This document shows, piece by piece, positions 10,430 to 19,994 of a DNA stretch of 32,000 nt (its first letter is position 1; every line of letters starts with the position of its first letter). The DNA is from Candidatus Altimarinota bacterium (GTDB lineage Bacteria; Patescibacteriota; Gracilibacteria; UBA1369). The stretch spans positions 203,047 to 235,046 of the forward strand of contig JBAZYK010000001.1 in the NCBI GenBank assembly GCA_041659405.1, given 5' to 3'. The notes under the pieces are model-generated. The model was given only the letters and a program-made list of their open reading frames with translations, did no database searches and was not told where the DNA came from. The position numbers and the translations under genes are program-made.

Positions 10430-10461
10430 AATTACGAATTAAAAATTACGAATTGCGAATT
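10430..10461. repeat. AATTNCG heptad-type short tandem repeat immediately after the alaS stop codon (AATTACGAATT AAAA ATTACGAATT GCGAATT)
   Basis: Read directly from the sequence. A closely related run (AATTACGAATTACGAATTGTGGAATT) sits immediately after the ahcY stop at 25699-25724. Confidence 0.6.
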
Positions 10462-10479
10462 GCTTTGTTTTTATGTACT

Positions 10480-10523
10480 TTGATTTTGTTTTTAGTTGTG
10501 CTATACTGTACATATAAGTACAG
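10480..10523 (+). promoter_or_regulatory. Candidate abiE promoter (TTGTTT-N16-TGcTATACT extended -10) overlapping an inverted repeat CTGTAC-N6-GTACAG (candidate AbiEi operator)
   Basis: The -35-like TTGTTT is at 10480-10485, TG at 10499-10500 and TATACT at 10502-10507. The perfect 6-bp inverted repeat spans 10506-10511 and 10518-10523, 15 nt upstream of the abiEi ATG. Confidence 0.35.
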
Positions 10524-10538
10524 ATTAATTGAATATCA

Positions 10539-11138
10539 ATGAGCAAAAATCCGAATTCTTCTGCTCAGGAGCAAAAACCTTCAGCGGCAAAGCGAATCGC
10601 CCTGCTTGCGGCTAAAAATGAGCGTATTTTCCACACCAAAGATTTAGCCAATTTATGGCTTATCACCAATAAAAATACGTTATACACCTTACTCAAGCGC
10701 TATACCAGATTGGGACTGCTTCATAGGATTTATAAGGGGTTTTATTCGCTTGTTCCATTGCAGGAAATTGATCCGGTTTTGATTGGCAGCAAGGCGCTTC
10801 ATCAATATTGTTATTTAAGTACGGAAACTATTCTTTATCGCGAAGGTTATATTTCGCAGAAAGTTGGTTTTTATAGTTTTATAAGCCACAAATCCGGGAA
10901 GTTTAACGTTGGAGATTCCTTTTATAAAAGTCGCCAGCTGCTTGATCAATATTTGTTTCAAACAGATGGCATTATTGATGTTGATGGGTATAAAATAGCA
11001 ACGGCTCCACGTGCCATTGCTGACATGCTCTACTTTAATTCAAGATTTCACTTTGATAAAACGGTAAATTGGAATGAAATAAAATCGCTACAGCAAAAAA
11101 TCGGCTATCCTTTTACGCCTCATCGCTATAAATCATGA
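10539..11138 (+). CDS. abiEi: AbiEi-family antitoxin (type IV TA system), winged-helix N-terminal domain
   Basis: This is a 199-aa ORF. Its N-terminal segment IFHTKDLANLW...LYTLLKRYTRLGLLHRIYKGFYSL has the AbiEi-like pattern (x-G-x-L-x-R-x-x-x-G-x-Y). It has a 4-nt ATGA overlap with the downstream AbiEii gene. Confidence 0.75.
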   Translation: MSKNPNSSAQEQKPSAAKRIALLAAKNERIFHTKDLANLWLITNKNTLYTLLKRYTRLGLLHRIYKGFYSLVPLQEIDPVLIGSKALHQYCYLSTETILYREGYISQKVGFYSFISHKSGKFNVGDSFYKSRQLLDQYLFQTDGIIDVDGYKIATAPRAIADMLYFNSRFHFDKTVNWNEIKSLQQKIGYPFTPHRYKS

Positions 11139-11872
11139 TCCTTCCCGATCCATCAGATGCAATCCATAAAGCCTGGCTCTATCGTATTTTAAGCGGGATA
11201 GCCGATGATGAATTTTTAATTTCACAACTGCGTTTTAAAGGTGGTACCTGCGCGGCTATGCGGCATATTATTGACCGTTTTTCGGTGGATCTTGATTTTG
11301 ATCTTTTGGATCAGGCAAAAGTTGAGGATGTTCGCCGGCATTTGGAAAAAATTTTCTTAAAACTGGAACTGAAAATTGATGAACAAAGTAAGCGGGTGCC
11401 TCAATATTTCCTGAAATATAAAAACAAAGCAGGTGAAAGAAATACCATGCGACTTGATGTGACCTTTCCTCCGCCAAAATCCAATGATTATGAAGCGTTG
11501 CGTTTAAATGAAATTGATCGTGTTATTTATTGCCACACCGTACCAACCATGTTCGCAAATAAACTCGTAAGCGTTATTGATCGTTATGAAAAACATGGAT
11601 CAATTGCCGGTCGTGATGTGTATGATATTCACACTTTTTTCCTGAAAGGATTTAAATATAAACCGGGAATTATCATGGAAAGAAGACAAAAATCGGCAGT
11701 GGACTTTCTGATGGAATTGCAAAAATTCATTGAAAAATATTTCACCCAAACCGTAATTGATCAGGACTTGAGTGTGCTGTTGCCACCGGCTGATTTTAAG
11801 CGCGCACGGAAAATATTAAAGCAGGAAGTTTTGATGTTTTTGACTGATGAGATCAATAATATTAACCTATGA
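11135..11872 (+). CDS. abiEii: AbiEii/AbiGii-family nucleotidyltransferase toxin
   Basis: This is a 245-aa ORF. The motif FKGGTCAAMRHIIDRFSVDLDFD matches the AbiEii GGT...R-x-S-x-D-x-D-F nucleotidyltransferase signature. It is translationally coupled to abiEi. Confidence 0.8.
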   Translation: MILPDPSDAIHKAWLYRILSGIADDEFLISQLRFKGGTCAAMRHIIDRFSVDLDFDLLDQAKVEDVRRHLEKIFLKLELKIDEQSKRVPQYFLKYKNKAGERNTMRLDVTFPPPKSNDYEALRLNEIDRVIYCHTVPTMFANKLVSVIDRYEKHGSIAGRDVYDIHTFFLKGFKYKPGIIMERRQKSAVDFLMELQKFIEKYFTQTVIDQDLSVLLPPADFKRARKILKQEVLMFLTDEINNINL

Positions 11873-12627
11873 ACATCCTCACCTATATTATTGTCTTTGT
11901 AACCAGCTTTTTTGCCGGATTTATGGGCGGACAAGTTGGCGGAGGTGGATTGATTCTTTTGCCAATGCTGCTTTTGGTCGGTCTGAACCCATTGGTGGCC
12001 CTTGGTACTTCCCGATTTTCGGGGATTTTTTTGAATGTTGTGGGAACATGGCAACATCTTCGTCATCATAAAATTCCGACTAATCACGTCCTGCTTTTTG
12101 GAATTATGAGTCTGCTTGGCTCTTTGGGTGGATCTTTGCTGGTTTTCTACCTTCCGATTGATATGGAGAATTTGAAAAAAATAATTATCGCGGTCTTATT
12201 TTTAATTTTGGTGATAGTGTTTTTTTCGCAGAAATTGGGGCAAATTGACAATGATTTACATCCATCAAAAAAACATTATGTCTTATTGAGTATTATGGTT
12301 TTTTTAATTGGAATTTATGGAGGTGTTATTGGCGTTGCCATGACCACTTTCTTTATGATGCTTTTTACTTTTTATAAGCAAAGCTATCTGCAGAGTATGG
12401 CTTATGCAATTTTACTTAGCCTAATTGCATCGATTATTGCTACGATAATTTTCATGTATTACGGTTCGGTTGATTACACGCTGGGAATATTACAGGGCAT
12501 TGGTGGCGGAATTGGAACTTATTTTGGTTCGCGTTTCATCATAAAAAAAGGGAATCTTTGGCTGAAATATATTTTGGCGGTTGTGATTTTAATCACGCTG
12601 GGGAAAATGGGCTGGGACCTGTTTTAA
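11869..12627 (+). CDS. TauE/SafE-family (sulfite/anion exporter-like) integral membrane protein
   Basis: This is a 252-aa polytopic membrane protein with Gly-rich helices (GGQVGGGGLILLPMLL) and two similar halves, typical of the TauE/SafE family. Its start overlaps the abiEii stop (ATGA). Confidence 0.85.
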   Translation: MNILTYIIVFVTSFFAGFMGGQVGGGGLILLPMLLLVGLNPLVALGTSRFSGIFLNVVGTWQHLRHHKIPTNHVLLFGIMSLLGSLGGSLLVFYLPIDMENLKKIIIAVLFLILVIVFFSQKLGQIDNDLHPSKKHYVLLSIMVFLIGIYGGVIGVAMTTFFMMLFTFYKQSYLQSMAYAILLSLIASIIATIIFMYYGSVDYTLGILQGIGGGIGTYFGSRFIIKKGNLWLKYILAVVILITLGKMGWDLF

Positions 12628-12638
12628 AAATTTCCAAA

Positions 12639-14120
12639 CTAAATAAGATTGGTTTTCCGCCCCTGCGCTTCTCCTTTTAACAGCCAGTCCAAGGCTTGCG
12701 TGGCTTTTACTTCTACGATTGCACCTACCAAATCCGGGCTGCCTTTAAACTGGACTACTTTGGTTTCACGGCTTTTGCCCTCGCATTCGCCGGTTGATTC
12801 AATATAGCGTTCCACTAAAACTTCTAAAATTTTCCCGACCATGGCTTCGTGTTTTTCGTGCGAGCATTCTGTAAGAATACTGTTTGATTTGTGCCATCTT
12901 CTGGCCTTTTCTTCTCTGGAAACATCATCCTTGAAAGCATTGAATGAAACCGTGCCGCGACGTGGACTGTAGCGGCTGATATAAGCCATATCCCAGCGAA
13001 TTTCTTTAAAAATATCATAAGTTTCTTCAAACTGTTCATCGGTTTCGCTGCAAAATCCAACAATAATATCGGTTGTAATAGCGGCATTTGGCATTTTCTC
13101 GCGAATTTTACTGATGATTTTTTTGTAATCCTCAACCGTATATTTGCGATTCATCTTTTTTAAAACGGCATCACTCCCCGACTGAATTGGTAGATGAAAA
13201 TGCGGACAAAGAACTTCCAAATCAACATGGGCCTGAATAAGCGCGTCCGTGTAATCATGCGGATGAGATGAAATAAAACGCAGACGATTTAAGCCGGAAT
13301 CTTTTAATTTATTGATCTCTGTCAAAAGCTGGACAAATGGCTCCTGGTTGCGGTTATATAGCTCATCAAAGAGACCACTTTTTTTATCCAGTCCACTTAT
13401 GCCATAGGAATTAACGGTTTGACCAACCAGAGTAATTTCTTTGCAGCCCTGTTCAATTAAAGTTTTGCATTCGGCCAAAATTTCCGGCAGGGGGCGACTC
13501 TGTTCGCGACCACGGGCATAAGGCACAATGCAGTAGGTGCAATATTTATCGCAGCCGATTTGGATTGGGACAAAGGCCGAAAACTTTGTGCTGTATTTTG
13601 GCTTAATCTTAAGGTAATCCTTTAAATTCCGACTTGCAGATGTTTGCGAATTTTCTGATCCATTTGCAGTTTCTTGTTGATCCGCTTCGGAAATTTTCGG
13701 TTCGTCCGTCAGCGGGGTTTCAAGCTGTGGCAAATCCAATTGCGGCTCCGCTTCAAGCAAAATATCGGCCAATTTTTGGGTATCGGTAATGCGAAAAACA
13801 AAATCAACGGTATCAATTTTTTTAATGATTTCGTCTTTAATTTCTTTTTCGGAATTCCGACTACTCGTACTCCTTACCATGCAACCGGTAATACCCACTA
13901 AAAGCCTTGGATTACGCTTTTTTTGGAACTCCAAATTCTTAAGAAAACCATAAACGCGATCCTCACCTTTTTGGCGAATAGAGCAGGTGTTGAAGATAAA
14001 AAGGTCGGTTTCTTCGACATTTTCGCCCTTTTTGTAGCCGATTTTTTCCAGTACCGCAGCCACTCTTTCACTATCGGAATAGTTCATGGCGCAACCAAGC
14101 GTTTGAATAAGATATTTCAT
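12639..14120 (-). CDS. miaB: tRNA-2-methylthio-N6-dimethylallyladenosine synthase (MiaB-type methylthiotransferase)
   Basis: The MTTase N-domain begins at MKYLIQTLGCAMNYSDSE. The radical-SAM cluster motif CDKYCTYC and a C-terminal TRAM domain are present. I place the start at the internal ATG (14120) rather than at the ORF-track start (14312). Confidence 0.9.
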   Translation of the reverse strand: MKYLIQTLGCAMNYSDSERVAAVLEKIGYKKGENVEETDLFIFNTCSIRQKGEDRVYGFLKNLEFQKKRNPRLLVGITGCMVRSTSSRNSEKEIKDEIIKKIDTVDFVFRITDTQKLADILLEAEPQLDLPQLETPLTDEPKISEADQQETANGSENSQTSASRNLKDYLKIKPKYSTKFSAFVPIQIGCDKYCTYCIVPYARGREQSRPLPEILAECKTLIEQGCKEITLVGQTVNSYGISGLDKKSGLFDELYNRNQEPFVQLLTEINKLKDSGLNRLRFISSHPHDYTDALIQAHVDLEVLCPHFHLPIQSGSDAVLKKMNRKYTVEDYKKIISKIREKMPNAAITTDIIVGFCSETDEQFEETYDIFKEIRWDMAYISRYSPRRGTVSFNAFKDDVSREEKARRWHKSNSILTECSHEKHEAMVGKILEVLVERYIESTGECEGKSRETKVVQFKGSPDLVGAIVEVKATQALDWLLKGEAQGRKTNLI

Positions 14121-14187
14121 TGATGGGTATAATTGATCTTTTGGCCCGTTTGTGCTATCATTATATGAATTTCTAACAAAAACCCAA

Positions 14188-14802
14188 ATGAAAAATTTAA
14201 GCAAAACACAAATCGCAACTGCGGCAGGTAGCGCACTTGTACTTGTCTTGGCAATTGCGGCAGTATCAAGCACCGGAAGCTTGTACCAGGGATTCCTGAT
14301 ACCTTCGGACAATGGTTCTCAGCAACTGCATTCTTCTTTTGTTATGCCGGTTGCCACTTTACTAACTCCATCAAATCAGCTTCGCCCCGGGCTTAATTCT
14401 GTTTTAAAAGCAAAAATCACTTCACTCAGCGCGACTCAACTTTCAAAATTAAAAGTTCGTTTTGACTTTACCGATCTGGCTTTTAGCAATATTAGCGTGG
14501 TTGTAAATGGCAATAATCGAACCAATGATTTAACTGCCGATAATCAGGTTCAGATGAGTGCTTCCGTTGACGATGCTCAAGGCAAAAATAAGACTTTTGT
14601 TTTTGAATTCGCAAAGCCGGTTGCGCTTGAAGCAGGTCAAAATACAGTTGAGGTCGTTTTGACTGCAGATGCACTAACAATCAATTCGATTTTGGCAAGT
14701 AGCCTGATTGATATGGTTGTAACAGACAATGGCCAGGCCTACGTTGTGGAAGGCCCTATGGAAAAAGCCGTGTTGAAGGTTAACTATACAACTGCAAACT
14801 AG
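14188..14802 (+). CDS. Hypothetical secreted or membrane-anchored protein
   Basis: The start is moved to the ATG at 14188, giving MKNLSKTQIATAAGSALVLVLAIAAVS, a signal or anchor sequence. I recognise no domain. A TATAAT with an upstream TG lies at 14124-14133. Confidence 0.6.
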   Translation: MKNLSKTQIATAAGSALVLVLAIAAVSSTGSLYQGFLIPSDNGSQQLHSSFVMPVATLLTPSNQLRPGLNSVLKAKITSLSATQLSKLKVRFDFTDLAFSNISVVVNGNNRTNDLTADNQVQMSASVDDAQGKNKTFVFEFAKPVALEAGQNTVEVVLTADALTINSILASSLIDMVVTDNGQAYVVEGPMEKAVLKVNYTTAN

Positions 14803-14816
14803 GCACTAATTGGGGA

Positions 14817-16916
14817 TTATTTAGCCTCGCGCCAGAAGATTGTATATTGATCAGCTCCACCAGCTTTCTTAACTGTAGCAGTAAATCTTGTGCCGTCGGC
14901 AGCTGTTACCGTTATGCTTTCCTGGCCAAACCATTCACCTGCTCTTATTCTTTGTTCAGTTTGAGATTTTAAATTTGAGTATGGATCTTTTTCAACATGA
15001 TTGGAAACTTTTTCAGCATTAGGAGCAGTTTGAGTTTTTCCATTTTCGATTGTTGAACCGGAAACAGTTGTATTTGGAGTATTAGAGTCTGAGTCTACAG
15101 TAGTAAAATTACCTTCTCTTGAGCCAAAACTGTTTGAAGTTGGAGTGGCTGGAGTAGCAGAAACTGAACTAGCCGGACTGTTACCACTTAACTTATGTCT
15201 TTTATGCAAAGTTGGGACTTTTGCAGCGTTATTGGAATCTAAATTCGCTGTAGCTGTTGATGTTTTTGGAGCTTCTGTGTTCGCAACAGTTGGGGCTTTT
15301 GCAGACACTGTTGCGGGAGATGTGGATGCGCCGGGAGTATTCTGTGCCTGGCCGACCAAATGGCCTGCAGCAGGCATATTTATAGCATCTCTAACTCTGG
15401 TCATCATAGCTTGTGATGGTTGTCCCGGTTCTTGAACATATGATGCAGGTATTGTATTTAAAGCAAGATTTTCATGAGTAGCTCTTGCAAATGACCTTAT
15501 AACCGCGTGAACAGTTTCATTTGGATCTACTACCCGTCCTTGTGGGGTTTCATTAATTTTGGCTTCTTTCAAAGCACTTTGTACTTTCGCATGAAGATTT
15601 GTTGGAACCGAGGCCATCTTATCTTCTACTTGCTTATAAAGTTTTGTTCTTTGAATCTTGGCAAAAGCATCTTCGTATGCTCTTTGAGCTGTGATTTGAT
15701 GAGATTTTGGTGGCACACCCGGTCTATCGAGTTCAGCTGGTCGAGTTGAAACTTTAGGTAATGCTACCGGAAGTTTTTCACCTGATGTCGCAGATTTAGT
15801 CCCAATTGTGTGCGCGCCTGCAGTTTTTTGAGCAGTACGTGAGGCATTTTTACTAAAATCATAATAGGCTGCTCCTGGCTCAGAAGACTTTTTTGCTTGA
15901 GCGACTGATCCTGCATTTTTTTGAGCTGATTGTTGTGGTCGATTATATCTAAAGTTATAGTATGGAAGTGATTGTCCCGTAGCTGATCGACCTGTAGATG
16001 TTGGTCCCGTAGATTCAGGCTTTAAACTCGGTCTTGAAGAACTGGCATTGTTTTTACTTGTATGGCCAGCCATTGAAACGGATTTTGCTAAAGCTGGAGA
16101 GGTTGGAGCTGAGGAATGTGATTTACCAGTACCAAACTTGGCAGATGGAACGGACTTTGCCGCAGTTTTTGAAGCTGGGGCCGTGGATGCTGTGCTTGGG
16201 CTCGCACTTGGAGCGGCTGCTACAGAGGCCACAGACGATGCGGAAGTAGCTACACCTGCGTCAGTTGATGCGGTTGCCTCTACTGATGATGCAGCGTCGC
16301 CGGCATCAGAAACATCTGCACTTGCGTCTTTGGCTTGTGCATCGGTTCCGGCATCTTTTGAAGCTTTTGCAGTTACGGCTGAGGTTGGACCTGAGCCGCC
16401 ACTACCACCATGATTACCACATGTTTGCGTAGTCGCAATTGCACCTAAGCTCAAAAGAAGACCTAAACCAGCTGCGCGTCCTGCTCTTTTTGAGAAACTA
16501 GGAAGCTTCAATCCGGTGATTGCGTCTCTTACTTTAGAAGCAATTTTGCCAACAGCTCCGAAGTTCCGTGAACTTTCTTTTTTTTCATTTATTAATTTCA
16601 ATTCTTCCGCAGTTAAACCTTCAAGAGCTACAGCACGAAGTTCTTTTGCTGTTTCTATAGCTTGTGCGCGTCCGTCTCTGGTAAAATTGCGAATTCCATC
16701 AGCTTTATTCTCACCTTGAACATATTGTTGAAGGTCAATCCCTGCGGCATATTTATCAAGATAAGAAGTGTCCTCAAAAAAAACTTGCTCATTGGCAGTA
16801 AAAGCATTTTTATCATTTAGGATTGGAAATACGTTTGCACCATCACCTGGGAGGGAATGCTCCCCACTTGATCTATCTGGGTTTGATTCCGCAAATTGTA
16901 AGTTTCTAGTACTCAT
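14817..16916 (-). CDS. Large low-complexity (Ala/Ser/Thr/Pro-rich) membrane-anchored protein of unknown function
   Basis: This is a 699-aa ORF. It has a roughly 150-aa N-terminal globular region and one hydrophobic segment (AAGLGLLLSLGAIATTQTCG). A region of roughly 400-500 aa rich in A/S/T/P/G and predicted to be disordered follows, ending in a short C-terminal globular segment. The gene is noticeably more GC-rich than its neighbours. Confidence 0.7.
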   Translation of the reverse strand: MSTRNLQFAESNPDRSSGEHSLPGDGANVFPILNDKNAFTANEQVFFEDTSYLDKYAAGIDLQQYVQGENKADGIRNFTRDGRAQAIETAKELRAVALEGLTAEELKLINEKKESSRNFGAVGKIASKVRDAITGLKLPSFSKRAGRAAGLGLLLSLGAIATTQTCGNHGGSGGSGPTSAVTAKASKDAGTDAQAKDASADVSDAGDAASSVEATASTDAGVATSASSVASVAAAPSASPSTASTAPASKTAAKSVPSAKFGTGKSHSSAPTSPALAKSVSMAGHTSKNNASSSRPSLKPESTGPTSTGRSATGQSLPYYNFRYNRPQQSAQKNAGSVAQAKKSSEPGAAYYDFSKNASRTAQKTAGAHTIGTKSATSGEKLPVALPKVSTRPAELDRPGVPPKSHQITAQRAYEDAFAKIQRTKLYKQVEDKMASVPTNLHAKVQSALKEAKINETPQGRVVDPNETVHAVIRSFARATHENLALNTIPASYVQEPGQPSQAMMTRVRDAINMPAAGHLVGQAQNTPGASTSPATVSAKAPTVANTEAPKTSTATANLDSNNAAKVPTLHKRHKLSGNSPASSVSATPATPTSNSFGSREGNFTTVDSDSNTPNTTVSGSTIENGKTQTAPNAEKVSNHVEKDPYSNLKSQTEQRIRAGEWFGQESITVTAADGTRFTATVKKAGGADQYTIFWREAK

Positions 16917-16967
16917 GAATATGTTGTTATTGTAAATATCATTGATTATAACGCGTTGGCCCGGGAA

Positions 16968-16998
16968 TTATTACAGTAGTTATTACAGAGTTATTACA
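16968..16998. promoter_or_regulatory. Three direct TTATTACA repeats at 11-12 bp spacing upstream of the 699-aa gene (candidate regulator-binding iterons)
   Basis: TTATTACA occurs at 16968-16975, 16980-16987 and 16991-16998, which is 52-82 bp upstream of the start codon at 16916. Confidence 0.3.
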
Positions 16999-17167
16999 TG
17001 AATTTCTTAGCCAGGATTCTTATTTAAACGCATTACACGATAAAAGTCAAGCATTTCATAGCATAATGTATGTGAATCAATGTCAAGGAAAGTTGGGGGA
17101 CGGCTAAAAAGGGCTGCTGTTTTGAGTGGTTTAAGCTTTTGGACTAGCCGCACTGGCAAACTTTCGT

Positions 17168-17395
17168 TTATTTGGTTTTCTTATCTAAAATATTCCAAAA
17201 TTCCTTTTTGGTAATTTTAAGTTGCCTGCAAATCCACATAAAAATATCCTCTCCGATTTCGGCATATCTTGGAATGGTTATTTTCCCAACTCCGTCTTTT
17301 TTGTACTGCCAATGACTGGATTGGATTTCCCTGAGCGTAAACCCCAAGTATTCAACTACTTTTTGAATTTCATTGGGCTTGAGCGGTCTACGCAT
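17168..17395 (-). CDS. hicA: HicA-family mRNA interferase toxin
   Basis: This is a 75-aa ORF. The pattern LGF...SSHWQYKKDG...ITIPRY.EIGEDIF..ICRQLKITKKEF matches the HicA fold pattern (G-S-H ... v-P-x-H/Y ... i). It overlaps the upstream hicB-like gene by 8 nt. Confidence 0.7.
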   Translation of the reverse strand: MRRPLKPNEIQKVVEYLGFTLREIQSSHWQYKKDGVGKITIPRYAEIGEDIFMWICRQLKITKKEFWNILDKKTK

Positions 17396-17714
17396 GAGTT
17401 GGCGATATGGAAGGATTATATGTAGCTTTTCCTACAAAATTTTCGATGGTTTTCGATGTACTTTTTTCATTGAGTTCCTTAAATAATTCATAAAGATCAA
17501 AATATTTTTTGGGTGCTTTTCGATAAATTTCCTTATCAGATTCGTTATCTTTGCAGCACATGCTTAAATAACCGATGGTTGCTTCGCGCAACCTATCAAT
17601 CGCCTGCCCCATGGTCTTTCCTTCGGCCATCAAATCCAAGTCTAAAGATACAGCCAAAAATTTGGAATCTTTTTTATATGCAATTTCTCTGACTGTAAAT
17701 ATTCGGTGTTTCAT
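17388..17714 (-). CDS. hicB: HicB-like antitoxin (UPF0150-type fold)
   Basis: This is a 108-aa ORF. FLAVSLDLDLMAEGKTMGQAIDRLREATIGYL resembles the HicB N-terminal domain. It is located upstream of and overlapping hicA. Confidence 0.6.
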   Translation of the reverse strand: MKHRIFTVREIAYKKDSKFLAVSLDLDLMAEGKTMGQAIDRLREATIGYLSMCCKDNESDKEIYRKAPKKYFDLYELFKELNEKSTSKTIENFVGKATYNPSISPTHA

Positions 17715-17734
17715 AAATATAACTTAAACTTTAG

Positions 17735-17749
17735 ATTTACATTGTAAAT
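17735..17749. promoter_or_regulatory. Perfect palindrome ATTTACA-T-TGTAAAT upstream of hicB (candidate operator)
   Basis: Read directly from the sequence. It lies 21 bp upstream of the hicB start codon at 17714. Confidence 0.35.
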
Positions 17750-17777
17750 GAATAAAATTTAAGGGTCAAATTTTTCC

Positions 17778-17852
17778 TGGTGTCCTCGACAGGAGTCGAA
17801 CCTGTATTTAGCCCTTAGGAGAGGCTCGTTCTATCCATTGAACTACGGGGAC
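17778..17852 (-). tRNA. tRNA-Arg (anticodon CCU), CCA encoded
   Basis: I folded the reverse complement GTCCCCGTAGTTCAATGGATAGAACGAGCCTCTCCTAAGGGCTAAATACAGGTTCGACTCCTGTCGAGGACACCA by hand. It has a 7-bp acceptor stem with one C.A mismatch and a D arm GTTC/GAAC. The anticodon stem is AGCCT/GGGCT with loop CTCCTAA, and the T arm is ACAGG-TTCGACT-CCTGT. Confidence 0.9.
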
Positions 17853-17880
17853 CTTCCGGCTTAATCGTACTAAAAAGCGT

Positions 17881-18516
17881 TTAGGCAGTGATCGGATTCA
17901 AAATGACAAATTCGGTTTTCTCTTCAGAAAGATCAGACTTGGCATTTAACACAAATTTATCTTTTGGCAGAACGCTGGCAATTCCGGCCTGTTTGGCAAA
18001 GTTGTCCAAGGTGTCTACCGTAAGCTTTAATCCAGGCGTCATATAACGCATTGGAACCACAGCTCTTGGCTCGATTTCTTCAATTGCGGCATGAGCTTCT
18101 TTGTATCCTGCATTATTGCCACTAACAGGAACAATTAAAACGTCTACTTGGCCAATATTTTCAACGAATTCATCGCTTAGCGCGGTTGAAACATTGGTAA
18201 GATAACAAACCTTCAATCCATCAGCATCAAGCGTAAACACCATGGAATCGGCTAATTTTGGGTCATTATTGAGTTCCTGAGCTGTAATGGCAATTCCGGC
18301 CACTTCGTATTCGCCCGGCCAACTTAGTACTTTTGGCTCACCACCAATGCCTGCAGCATTATTAGTTGCAGGATCTTCCGAATTGGAAGTCAGAACAACG
18401 TTTGCTTTTATGTTAGGTAATTTAAGGCCAATTTCGTCTTTGTAAGGGTTGATAATGGCAATTCCATCCTTGGTTTTGATTGAAAGACAGCCATATCCAT
18501 GCCAGATGATTTCCAT
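17881..18516 (-). CDS. MBL-fold (metallo-beta-lactamase superfamily, UPF0173-like) protein with a degenerate metal-binding motif
   Basis: This is a 211-aa ORF. MEIIWHGYGCLSIKT...INPY and the overall pattern resemble UPF0173/MBL-fold hydrolases. The position of HxHxDH reads LTSNSEDP. Confidence 0.7.
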   Translation of the reverse strand: MEIIWHGYGCLSIKTKDGIAIINPYKDEIGLKLPNIKANVVLTSNSEDPATNNAAGIGGEPKVLSWPGEYEVAGIAITAQELNNDPKLADSMVFTLDADGLKVCYLTNVSTALSDEFVENIGQVDVLIVPVSGNNAGYKEAHAAIEEIEPRAVVPMRYMTPGLKLTVDTLDNFAKQAGIASVLPKDKFVLNAKSDLSEEKTEFVILNPITA

Positions 18517-18653
18517 AAATTTTTGGGTAAATTATAAAATATTTTATTATGAGCTCGTTTCACCCACCCCAGGGCACTTTGTGCGTGGGCGAAATATTCG
18601 CTACAGCGGGAACTATACTTTATTTTTTTCCGATTGTAAATTTCGAGGCGTAG

Positions 18654-19982
<1,329 letters not shown>

Positions 19983-19994
19983 CGCAGCAATTTT

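Noticed and set aside
14121-14312. N-terminal extension of the miaB ORF (the ORF track starts at 14312, adding 64 aa)
   Set aside because: The canonical MTTase N-terminus (MKYLIQTLGC...) begins at the ATG at 14120. The extension is hydrophobic or nonsensical, and it overlaps the divergent promoter region and the start of the plus-strand gene at 14188.
15145-16719. Plus-strand ORFs of 67-121 aa antisense to the 699-aa gene
   Set aside because: They lie entirely inside a GC-rich low-complexity gene, where stop codons are rare on the opposite strand. Their translations are Ala/Gly/Val mirror-image low complexity with no start context.
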